Positions 51,727-64,000 of a stretch of 64,000 nucleotides of DNA are shown here, in pieces (positions within the stretch are counted from its first letter, which is position 1; every line of letters starts with the position of its first letter). The stretch comes from Octopus vulgaris (taxonomy: Eukaryota). The position numbers and the translations under genes were made by a program. Under the pieces are notes generated by a model. The model worked only from the letters and a program-made list of their open reading frames with translations, made no database searches and was not told where the DNA came from. The DNA is taken from assembly GCA_951406725.2 (NCBI GenBank), contig OX597819.1:35712001-35776000 (forward strand), in the 5' to 3' direction.

Positions 51727-52215
51727 ATATGTAATAAACATTTCTGTTATAGATCCAAGGCCTTAAATTTTCCAGGATGGGGCAAGTCGATTACATCAAC
51801 TCCAGTGCTCAACTAGTATTTATTTCACTGACCCTGAAAGAATGAAAGTTAAAGTTGACCTTGGCAGAATTTGAACTCAGAATGTAAAGATGGATAAAAT
51901 GTTGTATTTTGTTTGGTGTGTAACAATTCTGCTAGCTTACCACCTTACATACATAGATAATGGAAACTCAAAGAAGCCTGTTGTGCATATATGTATATAT
52001 ATGTGTATACATCTTTCTGTGTATGTGTCTCTGTGTTTGTGTTTGTACCCTGTCACTACTTGACAACTGGTGCTTGTTGTTTACACCCTCTATAACTTAG
52101 CAGTTTGGCAAAAGACTTTGATAGAATAAGTACCAGGCTTTGAAAAAAATAAGTACTGGGGTTGATTTACATTATTTACATTTTATGGATATTTGTCCTC
52201 ATCTTGTTTGTTGTT

Positions 52216-52261
52216 AACACAACGTTTTGGCTGATATACCCTCCAGGCTTCATCAGGTGTC
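52216..52261 (-). ncRNA. Minimal type I hammerhead motif, decayed (G12>A)
   Basis: Minus strand: GACAC-CTGATGA-A-GCCTG-GAGGGTATAT-CAGCC-AAAA-CG-TT-GTGTT, with a palindromic ACGU stem III. Confidence 0.65.
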
Positions 52262-52344
52262 TTGGGGAAATTTTGAACCTGGGTTCTCATTCCTAAGGTA
52301 TTTTCAATGTTGCTGTTATTATTATTATTATTATTATTTTTTTT

Positions 52345-52710
52345 TATTTTTATAGCGTGCTTTCACTTCACTACCAAGCGCAGCTCTGTGTGCCTTGGGT
52401 ATGTGCTGTGATTTGTTGTGATGCTCTGATGGTTATTGTATGGAAAGTGTTCTGCGTAGGATGTGTGCAGTGCCTACTAGTGCAATTTTCTGTATGTTAT
52501 ATGTGTTTGTAAGTCCTGGTGTTTTTGTTATGTATTTGTCTGAATATTTTTTTATCATGCCTAATGCACCTACTATGATAGGAATTGTTTCTGTTTTTAG
52601 ATTCCACATTCTGGTTACCTCTATTTCCAGGTCTTTGTATTTTGAAAGTTTCTCCATTTCTTTTAGAGACATGTTGTCATCTGCTGGTATTGATACATCA
52701 ATTAGAAAGC

Positions 52711-52712
<2 letters not shown>
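52345..52712 (-). pseudogene. 5'-truncated R4/Dong-like non-LTR element (RLE C-terminus and 3'UTR) inside (TAA)n
   Basis: Open frame CFLIDVSIPADDN..KEMEKLSKYKDLEIE..WNLKTETIPIIVGALG..QKIALVGTAHILRR; (TTA)n on both sides. Confidence 0.85.
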
Positions 52713-52804
<92 letters not shown>

Positions 52805-52806
<2 letters not shown>

Positions 52807-53045
52807 AGAACAAGGATCACTTTACATCAATGAAGTACAGACTATTGACTCAACACTACAATATACTACCACACATGTACAGTCTTCTTAAGATTCACAA
52901 GGAGGGTATTCCATTAAGACCTATAGTGAGCTGTAGAGGTTCAGCATATCATCCACTGAGCTGCTTCCTTGTGTATATAATCAGTCCATTAGCAGGAAAG
53001 TCAACATCATATGTGAAGAATTCCACCCACTCCACAGAATTCTTA
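52805..53045 (+). pseudogene. Penelope-like reverse transcriptase fragment
   Basis: LPHMYSLLKIHKEGIPLRPIVSCRGS..IISPL..YVKNS matches the PLE RT motif YGLPKIHK..PLRPIVS. Confidence 0.85.
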
Positions 53046-54219
53046 AATATAGAACTGGGGTTGATTTGTTTACATGTCCAATGGTTGCAGTCCGATGACT
53101 GAAACAAATAAAAGATAAAAGTTACATTATATGAAAAATATCTTTGTTAAATTATAAGATGTTGATTAGAAATATTGAATTTCTAAATGTCTCAACGAGA
53201 CATGAGCGGTGGTGGAGTGATAGAGTGGTTGTATAAAGTCAACATAACGTGACAGTCCCGTAGAGGGAATTACACCACCGCTATATAGCCCTAGGAAGCA
53301 TCGACGCTTCCTGTCGGCTTTGACACATTTCCTGTGTCCTTATATTTGCAAAGGGGAGGCAAGCACCCCCACCAGCTAGGACTAGCAACATGCATGTTTC
53401 TGGGTATTGCCCGTCATCAGTCCAGGGTAGTGTGTCCCTGGATATTGATTAAAATAGATAAACACACACCTGGTGGAAGAAGGTTTCTGTGTAAGTACTT
53501 TCCACTGTTTTCAGATTTTCAAATGCATATGTTAATCTGTGTTTATCCACTCTTTTAAAGACTTTTTTATGTAATTATCAATTTAAGAAACTTTGTTTCA
53601 AATATTATGACTGGATCAAGAAATTTAAAAAAAACTTTTTTCTTAAACAGCCATACTCCCACACCATACACACACACACACACACACACAACTGAGCTGA
53701 GCTTAGCATTTTACCCTTATAATGTTGCTAAGATTTAGTCCCAGCTGTTACTATTGATTATCCCAGATCAATAGCAAACCTATGATCAAAGCCATCCCAT
53801 CCATAATGATCATGTTTTTTATGGGCGTGACTGGAACTACAAGGTAATATCATGTAATTTGCAGGCAATTTAACTACTGTTTCTAGCAAGCTGAGCAACT
53901 TTTTTGATGCCCCAATTTGCTTGTTTGATCTTAATCCCTAGATCAGGCATAATTGAGCAGATTTATGATACAAAGCTTTCCAGCTATGACTGTTCCATCT
54001 TTTCATACGTCTAAGATTATATGTTCTTCTATTTTTAAGGCAGTAAGCTGTGATATGAAGGGATTTATCTGCTACTTTCGTTGGTCATCGATAAGAAAAA
54101 AAAATGGCTAATTTGACTCTGGTAGTTTACTGGGGCAGATTTAATGGATTCCACTTAGCAAAGCCTCTTTTACTGCAAAACTTTTCTTTGTGCTTAGTCA
54201 TAAGAGAAAATAATGTGTG

Positions 54220-54221
54220 TT

Positions 54222-54274
<53 letters not shown>

Positions 54275-54353
54275 ACATGTAGGTGTGTGTGTAAGTGTAT
54301 GCACAGGCATGTATGTATGTATGTGTGTATATGTGTATGTGTGTGTAGGTGGA

Positions 54354-54396
<43 letters not shown>

Positions 54397-54875
54397 ATGT
54401 AGGTGTGTGTGTAAATGTATGCACAGTCATGTATGTATGTATGTGTGTATATGTGTGTGCGTGTAGGTGGATGTGTGTGTATGTGTGTGTGTGTGTGTGC
54501 GCATGTAGGTGTGTGTGTAAATGTATGCACAGTCATGTATGTATGTATGTGTGTATATGTGTGTGCGTGTAGGTGGATGTGTGTGTATGTGTGTGTGTGT
54601 GTGTGCGCATGTAGGTGTGTGTGTAAGTGTATGCACAGGCATGTATGTATGTATGTGTGTATATGTGTATGTGTGTAGGTGGATGTGTGTGTGTGTGTGT
54701 GCGCATGTAGGTGTGTGTGTAAGTGTATGCACAGTCATGTATGTATGTGTGTATATGTGTGTGTGTGTAGGTGGATGTGTGTGTGTGTGTGAATGTGTGT
54801 ATGTGCACATGTAGGTGTGTGTGTAAGTGTATGCACAGGCATGTATGTATGTGTGTATGTGTGTGTGTGTGTGAG
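54220..54875. repeat. (GT)n array with a ~100-120-bp higher-order unit (about 6 copies)
   Basis: CATGTAGGTGTGTGTGTAARTGTATGCACAG recurs about six times. Confidence 0.9.
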
Positions 54876-55955
54876 CATAAGTGATTAATATATATAGTAA
54901 AATATAGGTTAATCTCTCACTGTCTTGTAATAATTCTATTTAATATGGAAGAAGCTGTTTGGTCAGGAATTTAAGTTAATGTTATCAATACTAGAGTCAA
55001 TTGGATGATGAATTAAAGGAAAACCATGCTGAATAATTCTCTTATCAGTTGATAGACATGTCATTAGAAATAGGAAAGTAAAGGAGAAAGAGACAGTAAG
55101 AGAAAGAGGAGATGAGAATAGGGAATGAGAGTGAGAAAGAGAAGCAGAAAGGGAAAGGAAGAGAGAAGAAAGAGAGGGGGAGAGAGAGAGGAGAAGAGAG
55201 TGGAAAATAGAGGAAGAAAGAGATTAAATAATATTGACTTGACTGCTTTAATATTGAATTTTTTTTTCCAAAGGCACAAGGAGTCTTGAATTAAAAAAAT
55301 GGAAAATTCCTTTACCAATTAGTGTTGACTTTGTGATTTGGTGTTTTATAACTGTGTAAAGTATTTTTGGTAAGCAGCTAATATCATAGCCTCAGGTCCA
55401 CTATAGCCTTTTGGGTGAAATTTAGGAGATGGAAACTGTGTGAAAGCCTTTAGAAGGAACCCTTCCAATTCTGGATCTTGGGTGCTTTTAGTGGAATCCA
55501 TTCTGTCTTAGTATTTGAGCCAGGTCTTTGATTTAGTGATAACTTCTTCCTTCCCTCTACAATCTTGAAGGCCATGAAAATGGTTACAGGCATTACTAGA
55601 AACACTCCATCTTCCTCTGACCAAGCCATTAAAAGAAATTTTAAATTCCCTCTGCTATACCTATAAAAGTAGGTAACTACTATAAGATTGCAAAATCACT
55701 CTGCAATTTTACAGTGCTCTTGTTACATACTATAGTGAGCTGTTGCATGGTGGTCAAGGTTATTTGGTAAGTTGATCCCTGTTCTTTGTGGGTATACCCT
55801 AGCATTTCACCACCCTCTCTCTCCTGCTCCCTCTTGCACTCTTGCTGTCTTCCATTCCCTCTCTCTTTCTCCTACTCTTGTTAGGTAACCATGTATCTCC
55901 ATCACAGGAGCACACCTGTTTCTGTTTTAATTCTTGATCACTCTCTCTCTCTTTC

Positions 55956-56028
<73 letters not shown>

Positions 56029-56029
56029 A

Positions 56030-56098
<69 letters not shown>

Positions 56099-56155
56099 CC
56101 CTCTCTCTTTCCCTCCCTCTCTCTATCTCTCTGACTGGGTAACTATGCACCTCCT

Positions 56156-56588
56156 TTACAGCAAGGCTCCTGTTTCTGCCTCTCTGTCTCTGTCACACTC
56201 TAACCTTTCATCATCTGATACAAGATCACTTCCTCCAATTTCTCCCTCCTCTCTCAAAGGTCCTTTGTTTTGCACGTTACTTGGTGACCCTGCCAGTACT
56301 GGTGCCATGTAAAAAAGCATCCAGTCCACACTGTAAAGTGGTTGGTGTTTGAAAGGACATCCAGTGGTAAAAACCATGCCAAAACTGGCCTCACCTGTGC
56401 CAATGCCACGTAAAAAAACACTCAATCCACTCTGCGGGGTGGTTGGTGTTAGAAAGGGCATCCAGTCACAAAAACCCTGCCAAAACAGACACAGAAGTCT
56501 GGTGCAGCCTTCTGCCTGGCCAGCTCCTGTCAAACTGTCCAACCCATGCCAGCATGGAAAGTGGACATTAAATGATGATGATGAGGAA
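56156..56588 (+). mobile_element. RTE-type tail repeat (family E, long form)
   Basis: GGTTGGTGTTAGAAAGGGCATCCAG..CATGCCAGCATGGAAAGTGGACATTAAATGATGATG. Confidence 0.75.
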
Positions 56589-56934
56589 TAGGACAGCATC
56601 TGTTACAATATGAACTGTCAACCCTTCAACTAGTAATCTGGCTCTTATTGATTCTATATTAGAGGATGTGAGTGAGGTAGAATGATTTTCAACCAGAAAT
56701 GAAATTCATGCCATAGATCCAGCTGACTGGAGGATTGTCTTCTGCTTTATTGCTCTCACATTTGATTGTTCTGATAATAATTACGGTCCTTCCTTCCTTT
56801 CAGTTTGTCATCAACGACTTCCTTTTAAACATGAAACCCCCAAATTTATAGAGGCAAATCGGAAGAAGATGCAAGCAGTTTTTCAAAAGAGAAATAAATC
56901 AGAAGAAAAGAGGGGAATCAAAGTAATTTCTTTC

Positions 56935-57420
56935 CTCCTTCTTCTTCTCCTTCTGATCATCATCACCATGATTATGATGATTCTCCTCTTCCTCCTCCTC
57001 CTTCTCCCCTCCTCCTTCTCCCCCTCCTCCTTCTCTTCCTCCTCCTTCTCCTCTTCCTCCTCCTCCTCCTCCATTTCCATGATCACAGTCATGATTACCA
57101 CCACTCTCACCACCACCACCACCACCACCACCACCACCACCACCACCACCACCACCACCACCACCACCACCACCACCACCACCACCACCACTCTCACCAC
57201 CGCCACCACCACCACCACCACCATCACCACCACCACCACCACCACCACCACTCTCACCACCACTACCACTCTCACCACCGCCACCACTCTCACCACCACA
57301 ACCACCGCCACCACCATCGCCGCCGCCGCCGCCGCTGCCGCCGCCGCCACCACCCCCACCACCACCACCACCACCACCACCACCACTGTTATTTTCATTG
57401 CCATTATTATTATAGTTGTC
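56935..57420. repeat. (CCT)/(CAC)/(GCC)n trinucleotide array
   Basis: Seen directly. Confidence 0.95.
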
Positions 57421-57892
57421 ATGACATTTATATTATTTCCACCATTCTATGCATATTTAGAAATAGATCAATGGTGCTTACTTGTTCTTCATCAACCATG
57501 ACATATCATCGACTTATACTGTTGCCTTCATGTTGTAATGTTATAATTGAAAATATAGCGGTGAGCTGGCAGAATTGTTACTATGCCATGCTGAATGTTT
57601 AGTGGCATTTCGTTAAACCAGATCTGAGTTCAAATTCTGCCAAGGTCAACTTTGTCTTTTATCCTTTCATGGCTGATAAAAGAAATACAAGTCAAACATT
57701 GCTGTTGCTGCAATTGACATATATCATCTCCCGAAATTGCTGGTCTTGCACAAAAAATTTGAAACCAATATTATTATTGAACAAACATACATACATACAT
57801 ACATACATCCATACATCCATACATCCATCCATCCATCCATCCATCCATCCATCCATCCATCCATCCATCCACAGACACCCATACATGTAAAT

Positions 57893-57948
<56 letters not shown>

Positions 57949-57956
57949 TATATATA

Positions 57957-58457
57957 TCATAAATCCTCGAGTATAGTCTGCCTGTGAGTATGATACGCAG
58001 GGAATATTTAGGGGACTGTACATCTGAAAAGCCTAAACCTTGTGTATAATACGCACCCTTTCTCTAACTTGAATCAAGGAGGTCTATATAACGTCCTTGG
58101 TTTGTAAAAATGTATATGGTAATACCCTTTGTTAATATTGTATATATAACATAATGCAAACGTGTTACATTTTTGTGTAGTTTGTTTGCAGAAAATAAAG
58201 AAATAACTGTAATAACAGTAATAACATTTAATAAATGTTGCTTACTGCATGTTATGGATGATTCTTTTATGACTTCATTGCTTTCAGCTTAAGGTATTTT
58301 CACGCCCGACATCTCAAAATGCATCTGACAGCAAATAGAGACTCGGACATTACTTAGAAAATAATTTTCATTTTAAACCTCATATATAGTACGCACTAGG
58401 GATTTTGACCCTTAAATTTTGGGAAAAAAAATGCGGATTATACTCGAGGATTTATGG
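57957..58457. mobile_element. pogo/Tc2-like MITE
   Basis: TIR of about 25 bp (C/T)CATAAATCCTCGAGTATA.TC.GC at both ends, inserted in (TA)n, with repeated subterminal GTATAATACGCAC-like motifs. Confidence 0.75.
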
Positions 58458-58530
58458 TATATATATATATATATACATATAAATGTATGTATGTATGTAT
58501 GTAGTATGTATGTATGCATGAATGCATGTA

Positions 58531-58566
<36 letters not shown>

Positions 58567-58590
58567 TGCATGTATGTATGTATATGTATA

Positions 58591-58640
<50 letters not shown>

Positions 58641-58642
<2 letters not shown>

Positions 58643-59054
58643 TGCAGACATGGCTGTGTGATAAGAAGCTTGCTTCTCAACCACATGGTTTCTTGTTCAG
58701 TCCCAAAGCATGGCACCTTGAGCAAGTGTCTTTTACTATAGCCTTGGGTCGACCAAAGCCTTGTGAGTGGAAACTGAAAGAAACCCATCGCATATATATA
58801 TGTGTGTGTGTATGTATGTATTTATGTATATGTGTCTTTATGTATGTGTATCTGTATTTGTCCATCCACCATCGCCTGACAACCGATGGTGGTGTGTTTA
58901 TGTCCCTGTAACATGCTGGTTCAGCAAAAGAGACCGATAGAATAAGTACAAGGCTTACAAAGAATAAGTTCTGGGGTTGATTTCTTTAACTGAAACCCTT
59001 TAAGATGGTACTCCAGCATGTCAGCAGCAGTCACATGTAAAAGAATAAAAGAAT
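58641..59054 (+). mobile_element. SINE family A
   Basis: Match to the 5431 copy. Confidence 0.88.
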
Positions 59055-59149
59055 ATTTATACATACATACCTATATATTGATATAATATGGAAAAAAAAA
59101 TTTTAATTTTATAAAAAACATTTCAGTACCAGTTTTTCAGAGTGGCTGG

Positions 59150-60330
59150 ATGACTTTCTACAAAGTGTTACAAAGTAACTAACACAATGAAGTATGGACA
59201 AAAATTTTGCCCCCAGACAAGGGGTTGTACCATGGTTACCCTCATGGAAGTTAATTTCACACAGTTACTGAAGACATTCAAACCCCTACATGGTCATGAA
59301 CCAATACTCTGGTTACGGTTCATTGACAACACCTTTTATTATCTGGGAAGGATCACAGGATAGCTTAATTGACTTCTTGCATTTCTGTGACTGTTATGCT
59401 AAAAACTATGGCTTTAAATCCAACATAAAATTTACATCTAGTTTTTCTAAAACTAGCATTGAATTTTTGGATACAAAAGTTAAATTTTCTGGAGGCAGAA
59501 TAGTGACAGAGTTATTTTGCAAGCTCACATCATTCTACATTTACCTCCACTGCTGCTCCGATCATCCACATCATATAATTCAGTCAAATCGCAAATCTCA
59601 ATTTTTGAGGATAAAACGGATTTGTACTGATATAGGGATTACTGGAAACATGCAAACGCTTTTATATGCCATTATGTCAAACGTGGTTACAGTGAATCAC
59701 GATTAAAGGAAATTGAAAATGACATAACTAAGATTAGCAAGGAAAGTCAAACTTTCACGCATAATTTTAGCAAACAAAGTACAATATGTGCCAGAATTCC
59801 TTTAGTAATTAACTGGCATCAAAATTTGTCTGGAATTTCAAAAGGGTTACATGAAAGTTACCAGCATGTTGTGGAAAAATATCCTCATTTCAAACAAATA
59901 TTTCCTCAGCTGCCTATTGTAGCCTTTAGATGGAATCAAAATATAAGAGAACTATCAACTTTTACTTCTGACTCCAAGAAAACTAACACTGTGCCTTGAA
60001 AAACAGCCACACGAGACATAAACCCTGTTCATTGTGCAACAATATGAGTCAAATCAATTCCATCAGGAATTGTAACAGAAACGTTATGATTTATATGAAA
60101 GGTAGGATAGGTAGAAATTCCCATATGGTGTGCACAGCAGAATGCACCAAACACAACTTGGTTTATGTTAGTTGTACAACAGAACAAAAGATTCAATGGA
60201 CACAGATATGATGTCAGGCACAATAACAGTAGTTTAACAGAACTTGCTGAACATTTTACATCAGACAGCTGCAATTTTGAAAAAGACTTGAAAGAGCATA
60301 TTCTCAGGAAATATTTTGAATCTGCTACAC
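59150..60330 (+). pseudogene. Decayed Penelope-like element (RT, CxxC linker, GIY-YIG; Neptune-like)
   Basis: QTRGCTM, WLRFIDNTFIIW, IKFT..IEFLDTKV, YLHCCSDHP..SQFLRIKRIC, CSLC, ECTKHNLVYVSCT..RFNGHRYD..LAEHF; several frameshifts and stops. Confidence 0.88.
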
Positions 60331-60548
60331 TTCAGCAAATTGGTGTTCTGACTTTCATTCACATTATCTCATTACCTTTCTCTTCGTGAGTGGTTTTATA
60401 TTATGACTATTGCTTAAGTTCTACAGTGTTTCTACATCAGACTGGAGTCTGGTCTTCATGGTCTTCATGGTCTTTCATGAAGATTTTCTATTCTGTTTCT
60501 CAGTTTTGTGCCAGACTTTTTGGTGCAGACTTAGCAGCAGCATACTCA

Positions 60549-60962
60549 TTACTCTTTACTCTTTTACTTGTTTCAGTCATTTGACTGCGGCCATGCTGGA
60601 GCACTGCCTTTAGTTGAGCAAATCGACCCCAGGACTTATTCTTTGTAAGCCTAGTACTTATTCTATCGGTCTCTTTTCGCCGAACCGCTAAGTTACAGGG
60701 ACGTAAACACACCAGCATCGGTTTCAAGCGATGTTGGGGGGGACAAACACAGATGCACAAATGTATACACACACACACACACATATATATACATATATAC
60801 GATGGGCTTCTTTCAGTTTCCATCTACCAAATCCAATCACAAGGCTTTGGTTGGCCTGAGGCTATAGTAGAAGACATTTGCCCAAGGTGCCAAGCAGTGG
60901 GACTGAACCCGGAACCATGTGGTTAGTAAGCAAGTTACTTACCACACAGCCACTCCTACGCC
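60549..60962 (-). mobile_element. SINE family A, full length
   Basis: Match to the 5431 copy. Confidence 0.92.
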
Positions 60963-62350
60963 TATAGCATAACTTATTTAAGGATGTAATGTCTAGTTCA
61001 TTTCATTTATAATTGCTTTAAGGGCTGTGTCCACCTGGCAGATTATTTTGAAATTTTTTTCCTTTTTCTTTCACACTTAAGTAGGTTACTGCATTCCTTC
61101 ATGTCCATATTTTAGATTTTGTTCCATTTAGCAAATACTTGTTCTTCAAGTTTGGTCAGATTACTTTTTTTGTTACCTACGTTATTCACTGCTGATAAAT
61201 TGTTTGTAATCTCATTAGTATGTTTCTCTACAATGGTTTAATCTTTAAGTAGTGTATTTAGGTTGTTTCTGCTTGTGGGTCTTGTTATTTACGTCTTCCT
61301 GTAAAGATTTTACTTCTTTGACATTGACATAGTTTTTGGCTATTAATTTGTGCAAGTTGTATTTACTGGGTTGTTTCTCAAATTTGATTTTACATTTTCT
61401 TTTATTTTGACACTTTCAATGTCAGTCAACTATTTCTGGTTTACAAGCTTTCTTCATACATTCACAACTTTGTTACTGTTATATTCAGCCTAATTTTTGG
61501 GTTCTTTTCTCTCCAAATTTGGTATGTTATCTCATTGTTTGAAACTTCTTATGGATAATACATGGAAGTATAATAAGTCTCAAGAACTTGTTTATTGTTT
61601 TTCCTGAACCATTTCTGGTTCTTGATTTGACTGATACTTGTCGGTGTTGGACATGGAAAGCCTTCAGAAGAATTTGTCCTGTTGTGGGAGACCTCCAGCC
61701 ATATATTGCTGGGAAGGTTTCAACTAGAAGCAAAGTTTTCACTCCCTGACTACCCCTCCTCCGGGTGACATAGCCTTTGTTTACCCAGGCAGTGACTGAT
61801 TCAGTAAAGATTTTGTTTGTTGCCATTAAGATATGAGAGATTTGTGAGTAAGGGTCCACAAAGATCAGTGTTTTTAAAGTAACACCATCTCTCGATAATT
61901 TATTCATTGTGGCTCAAAGAGTCCTATCTACATTTAGTTGAGGCAGGCTGTCTCATACTGGTTGCCAATCCAGTATGTCGTCCTTCGGAGGTTTTATATC
62001 AGACTTCTTCATAAGAGCAGGAATGAAATTTGTTTAGTGGGTGCAAACTCAGGTCCAAAACTTTTGCAAACAAGGTCAATTTTTCAATATTAATAATAAT
62101 CCTTCCTACTAAAAGCATGAGGCCTGAAAATTGGGAGAGGAGGTAAGTTGATTACATTGACACCAGTACACAACTGGCATTTATTTTATTGACCACGGAA
62201 AGATGAAAAGCAAAGTCGACCTGGTGGAATTTGAACTCGAATCGTAAAGATGGATGAAATGCTGCTAAACATTTTGCCTGGCATGTTGATGATCCTGCCA
62301 GCTTGCTGCCTTAAACACAGGTATAATAGTGTTGCAATCCAACATTGGAC

Positions 62351-62497
62351 TGTTATAACGTCCATTCTGGTATAGCAGTATAGTTAGGCAAGTAAAGACA
62401 CAACTGTCTATGACCGACTTTGCCAACTTCTCGACTTCCTACATCACAGTATATGTAACGACTAGCACATACCACTCATCACGTGAGAGGTGTGTTC

Positions 62498-62546
<49 letters not shown>

Positions 62547-62548
62547 GC

Positions 62549-62632
<84 letters not shown>

Positions 62633-62642
62633 CCCCATAACA
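62351..62642 (-). mobile_element. Probable 3' LTR of the Gypsy remnant, containing (TAA)n
   Basis: TGTTAT..ATAACA termini, preceded on the minus strand by PPT-like AAAAGGGAGA. Confidence 0.55.
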
Positions 62643-64000
62643 TCTCCCTTTTAAAGTTTTTTTTTTTCTTATGGAGTGTAATTTTCTTTTTATTAACAAT
62701 AATTTTTACATCACCCCACCTCCCTTTTTTTGAGTTTTTTTTTCCATACAGTTACAAATTTAATATTTTCTCATTTGGCATCCACTTTCAGGAACTCCAT
62801 ACATTTTTTTATCTTTTGTTTGTGCGACTGGGTTCAATTATTTGCTGTGGCATTGATACTTGAAAAATATCATGTAATCATTCCATTGGTTCTTCCATTC
62901 TCTTGGGGTCGCTCTCAACGAATCTTTTTTTAGTTGATTTATATGTCTCTTGTACAGTCATTTTCTTCCTTTTACGATGTATAGCATTTTTTCTATGTGT
63001 TTGGTAATCACGCCATCTTCTCAACTCTGTTTTCTGTTCTTATATGCCCTCACAAATACATTTTCACCAATTTTGAAATACCTTACTGTATTATTCCTTT
63101 GCAATTTTTCTTTTCTTACCAGGTAGCAATTTGTCGAAGAATGATTTTATTTTCATTGCAAACATCAGTTCCACTGGTAACATACCTGCTGGTTTGTTTG
63201 GATTTGGTGTCACTCAGTATACTCTTAGGAATTGTTGTAGAGCAACCTCATCCATGACTTCCTTATTCGACTTTCTTAGGGCTCTCTTGAATATGTTGAC
63301 AAAGTGTCCTGCTTGTCCATTAGATCTGGGATGGTATGGCACAGTAGTCACGTGTTTTACATGTCATGAAATGTCACATTATACACAAATTCCCTATAAA
63401 ATACAATCTTTTACTGTAACACCGTGCGCTACTTTTGTAGATTTACTTAATTTTGGCTTACCAATATACTTCCAATTTCCTCCATTCACAATGGTAATTT
63501 CACTTTCAGTATCTAACTGCATTTTTACTCTTATTTTTTCAATTTTCACATTTACGAATTACCTCTTTGTCCCATTAATCATTTTCTTTCAACAGCATCT
63601 TGTTTACTCTTTTTCCTTTGATCCAATGTTTTGTCATCTTGGTTTTACAGTGCACGTTTACGTGTCCAATTTTTCCACAACAGAAACATTCCACTTTCTT
63701 AAATGGGCAGTTTTTCACAGTTGCAGACCTCCACATGCAAAACATGAGTTTTTTCCCTGATTCTTGTCCTGCTTGTACTCTATTTTAGTACACACTTGAT
63801 TTCTATTCTGCCTGTTTTGTATTTTCCCATGCACTTGTTTCACTTGGAAGCAATCTTTATGTTCAATTTTCCCTGTGTCATGCCTTAAATTAACTATTCA
63901 TTCACACTCTTCATGCCTTAGATTTACTATTCATTCACACTCTTCTGACACTTGCTGTAAGGTTACAGCTTGGTTTTGTTCAAGCCCAGCGAAAATTTTT
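62643..64000 (-). pseudogene. Gypsy LTR retrotransposon remnant (gag zinc knuckles, protease, integrase C-terminal part)
   Basis: Minus strand: TLQQVSEEC..NLRHDT, CFACGG..CPFKKVECFCCGKIGHVNVHC, VKMQLDTESEITIV, PYHPRSNGQA..FKRAL, PVELMFA and KRHINQL. RT and RNase H are absent. Confidence 0.88.

Noticed and set aside
59118-59150. CTGAAAA..GAAA on the minus strand just before the Penelope remnant
   Set aside because: The core is mutated and stem I cannot form.
61030-62060. 126-aa ORF and faint Penelope N-terminal-like motifs (SFGPEFAPT, SNLTKLEEQ) on the minus strand
   Set aside because: The motifs are short and interrupted, which is insufficient for a call.

Overview
AT-rich eukaryotic genomic DNA, very rich in microsatellites. 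The repeat content (several tRNA-headed SINE families and RTE-type tails ending in (GAT)n) resembles an octopus or other coleoid genome; this is inferred from the repeats and not verified. No host protein-coding gene can be confidently identified, and almost all listed ORFs are translations of simple repeats. The window is a mosaic of four or more SINE families, decayed non-LTR elements (RTE, R4/Dong-like with RLE, Penelope-like), a Gypsy remnant, mariner/Tc1 deletion derivatives and several MITEs. The main observations are: (1) several unrelated minimal type I hammerhead ribozyme motifs sitting in TA/TAT microsatellites, including a 473-bp head-to-tail dimer with one hammerhead per unit (retrozyme-like or Penelope pLTR-like); (2) two copies of a GG..CC, 8-bp-TSD (Merlin-like) MITE carrying internal (TTAGGG)n; (3) a complete 508-bp TRIM-like mini LTR element with PBS and PPT. 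All coordinates were read by eye, and the boundaries of degenerate repeats are approximate.
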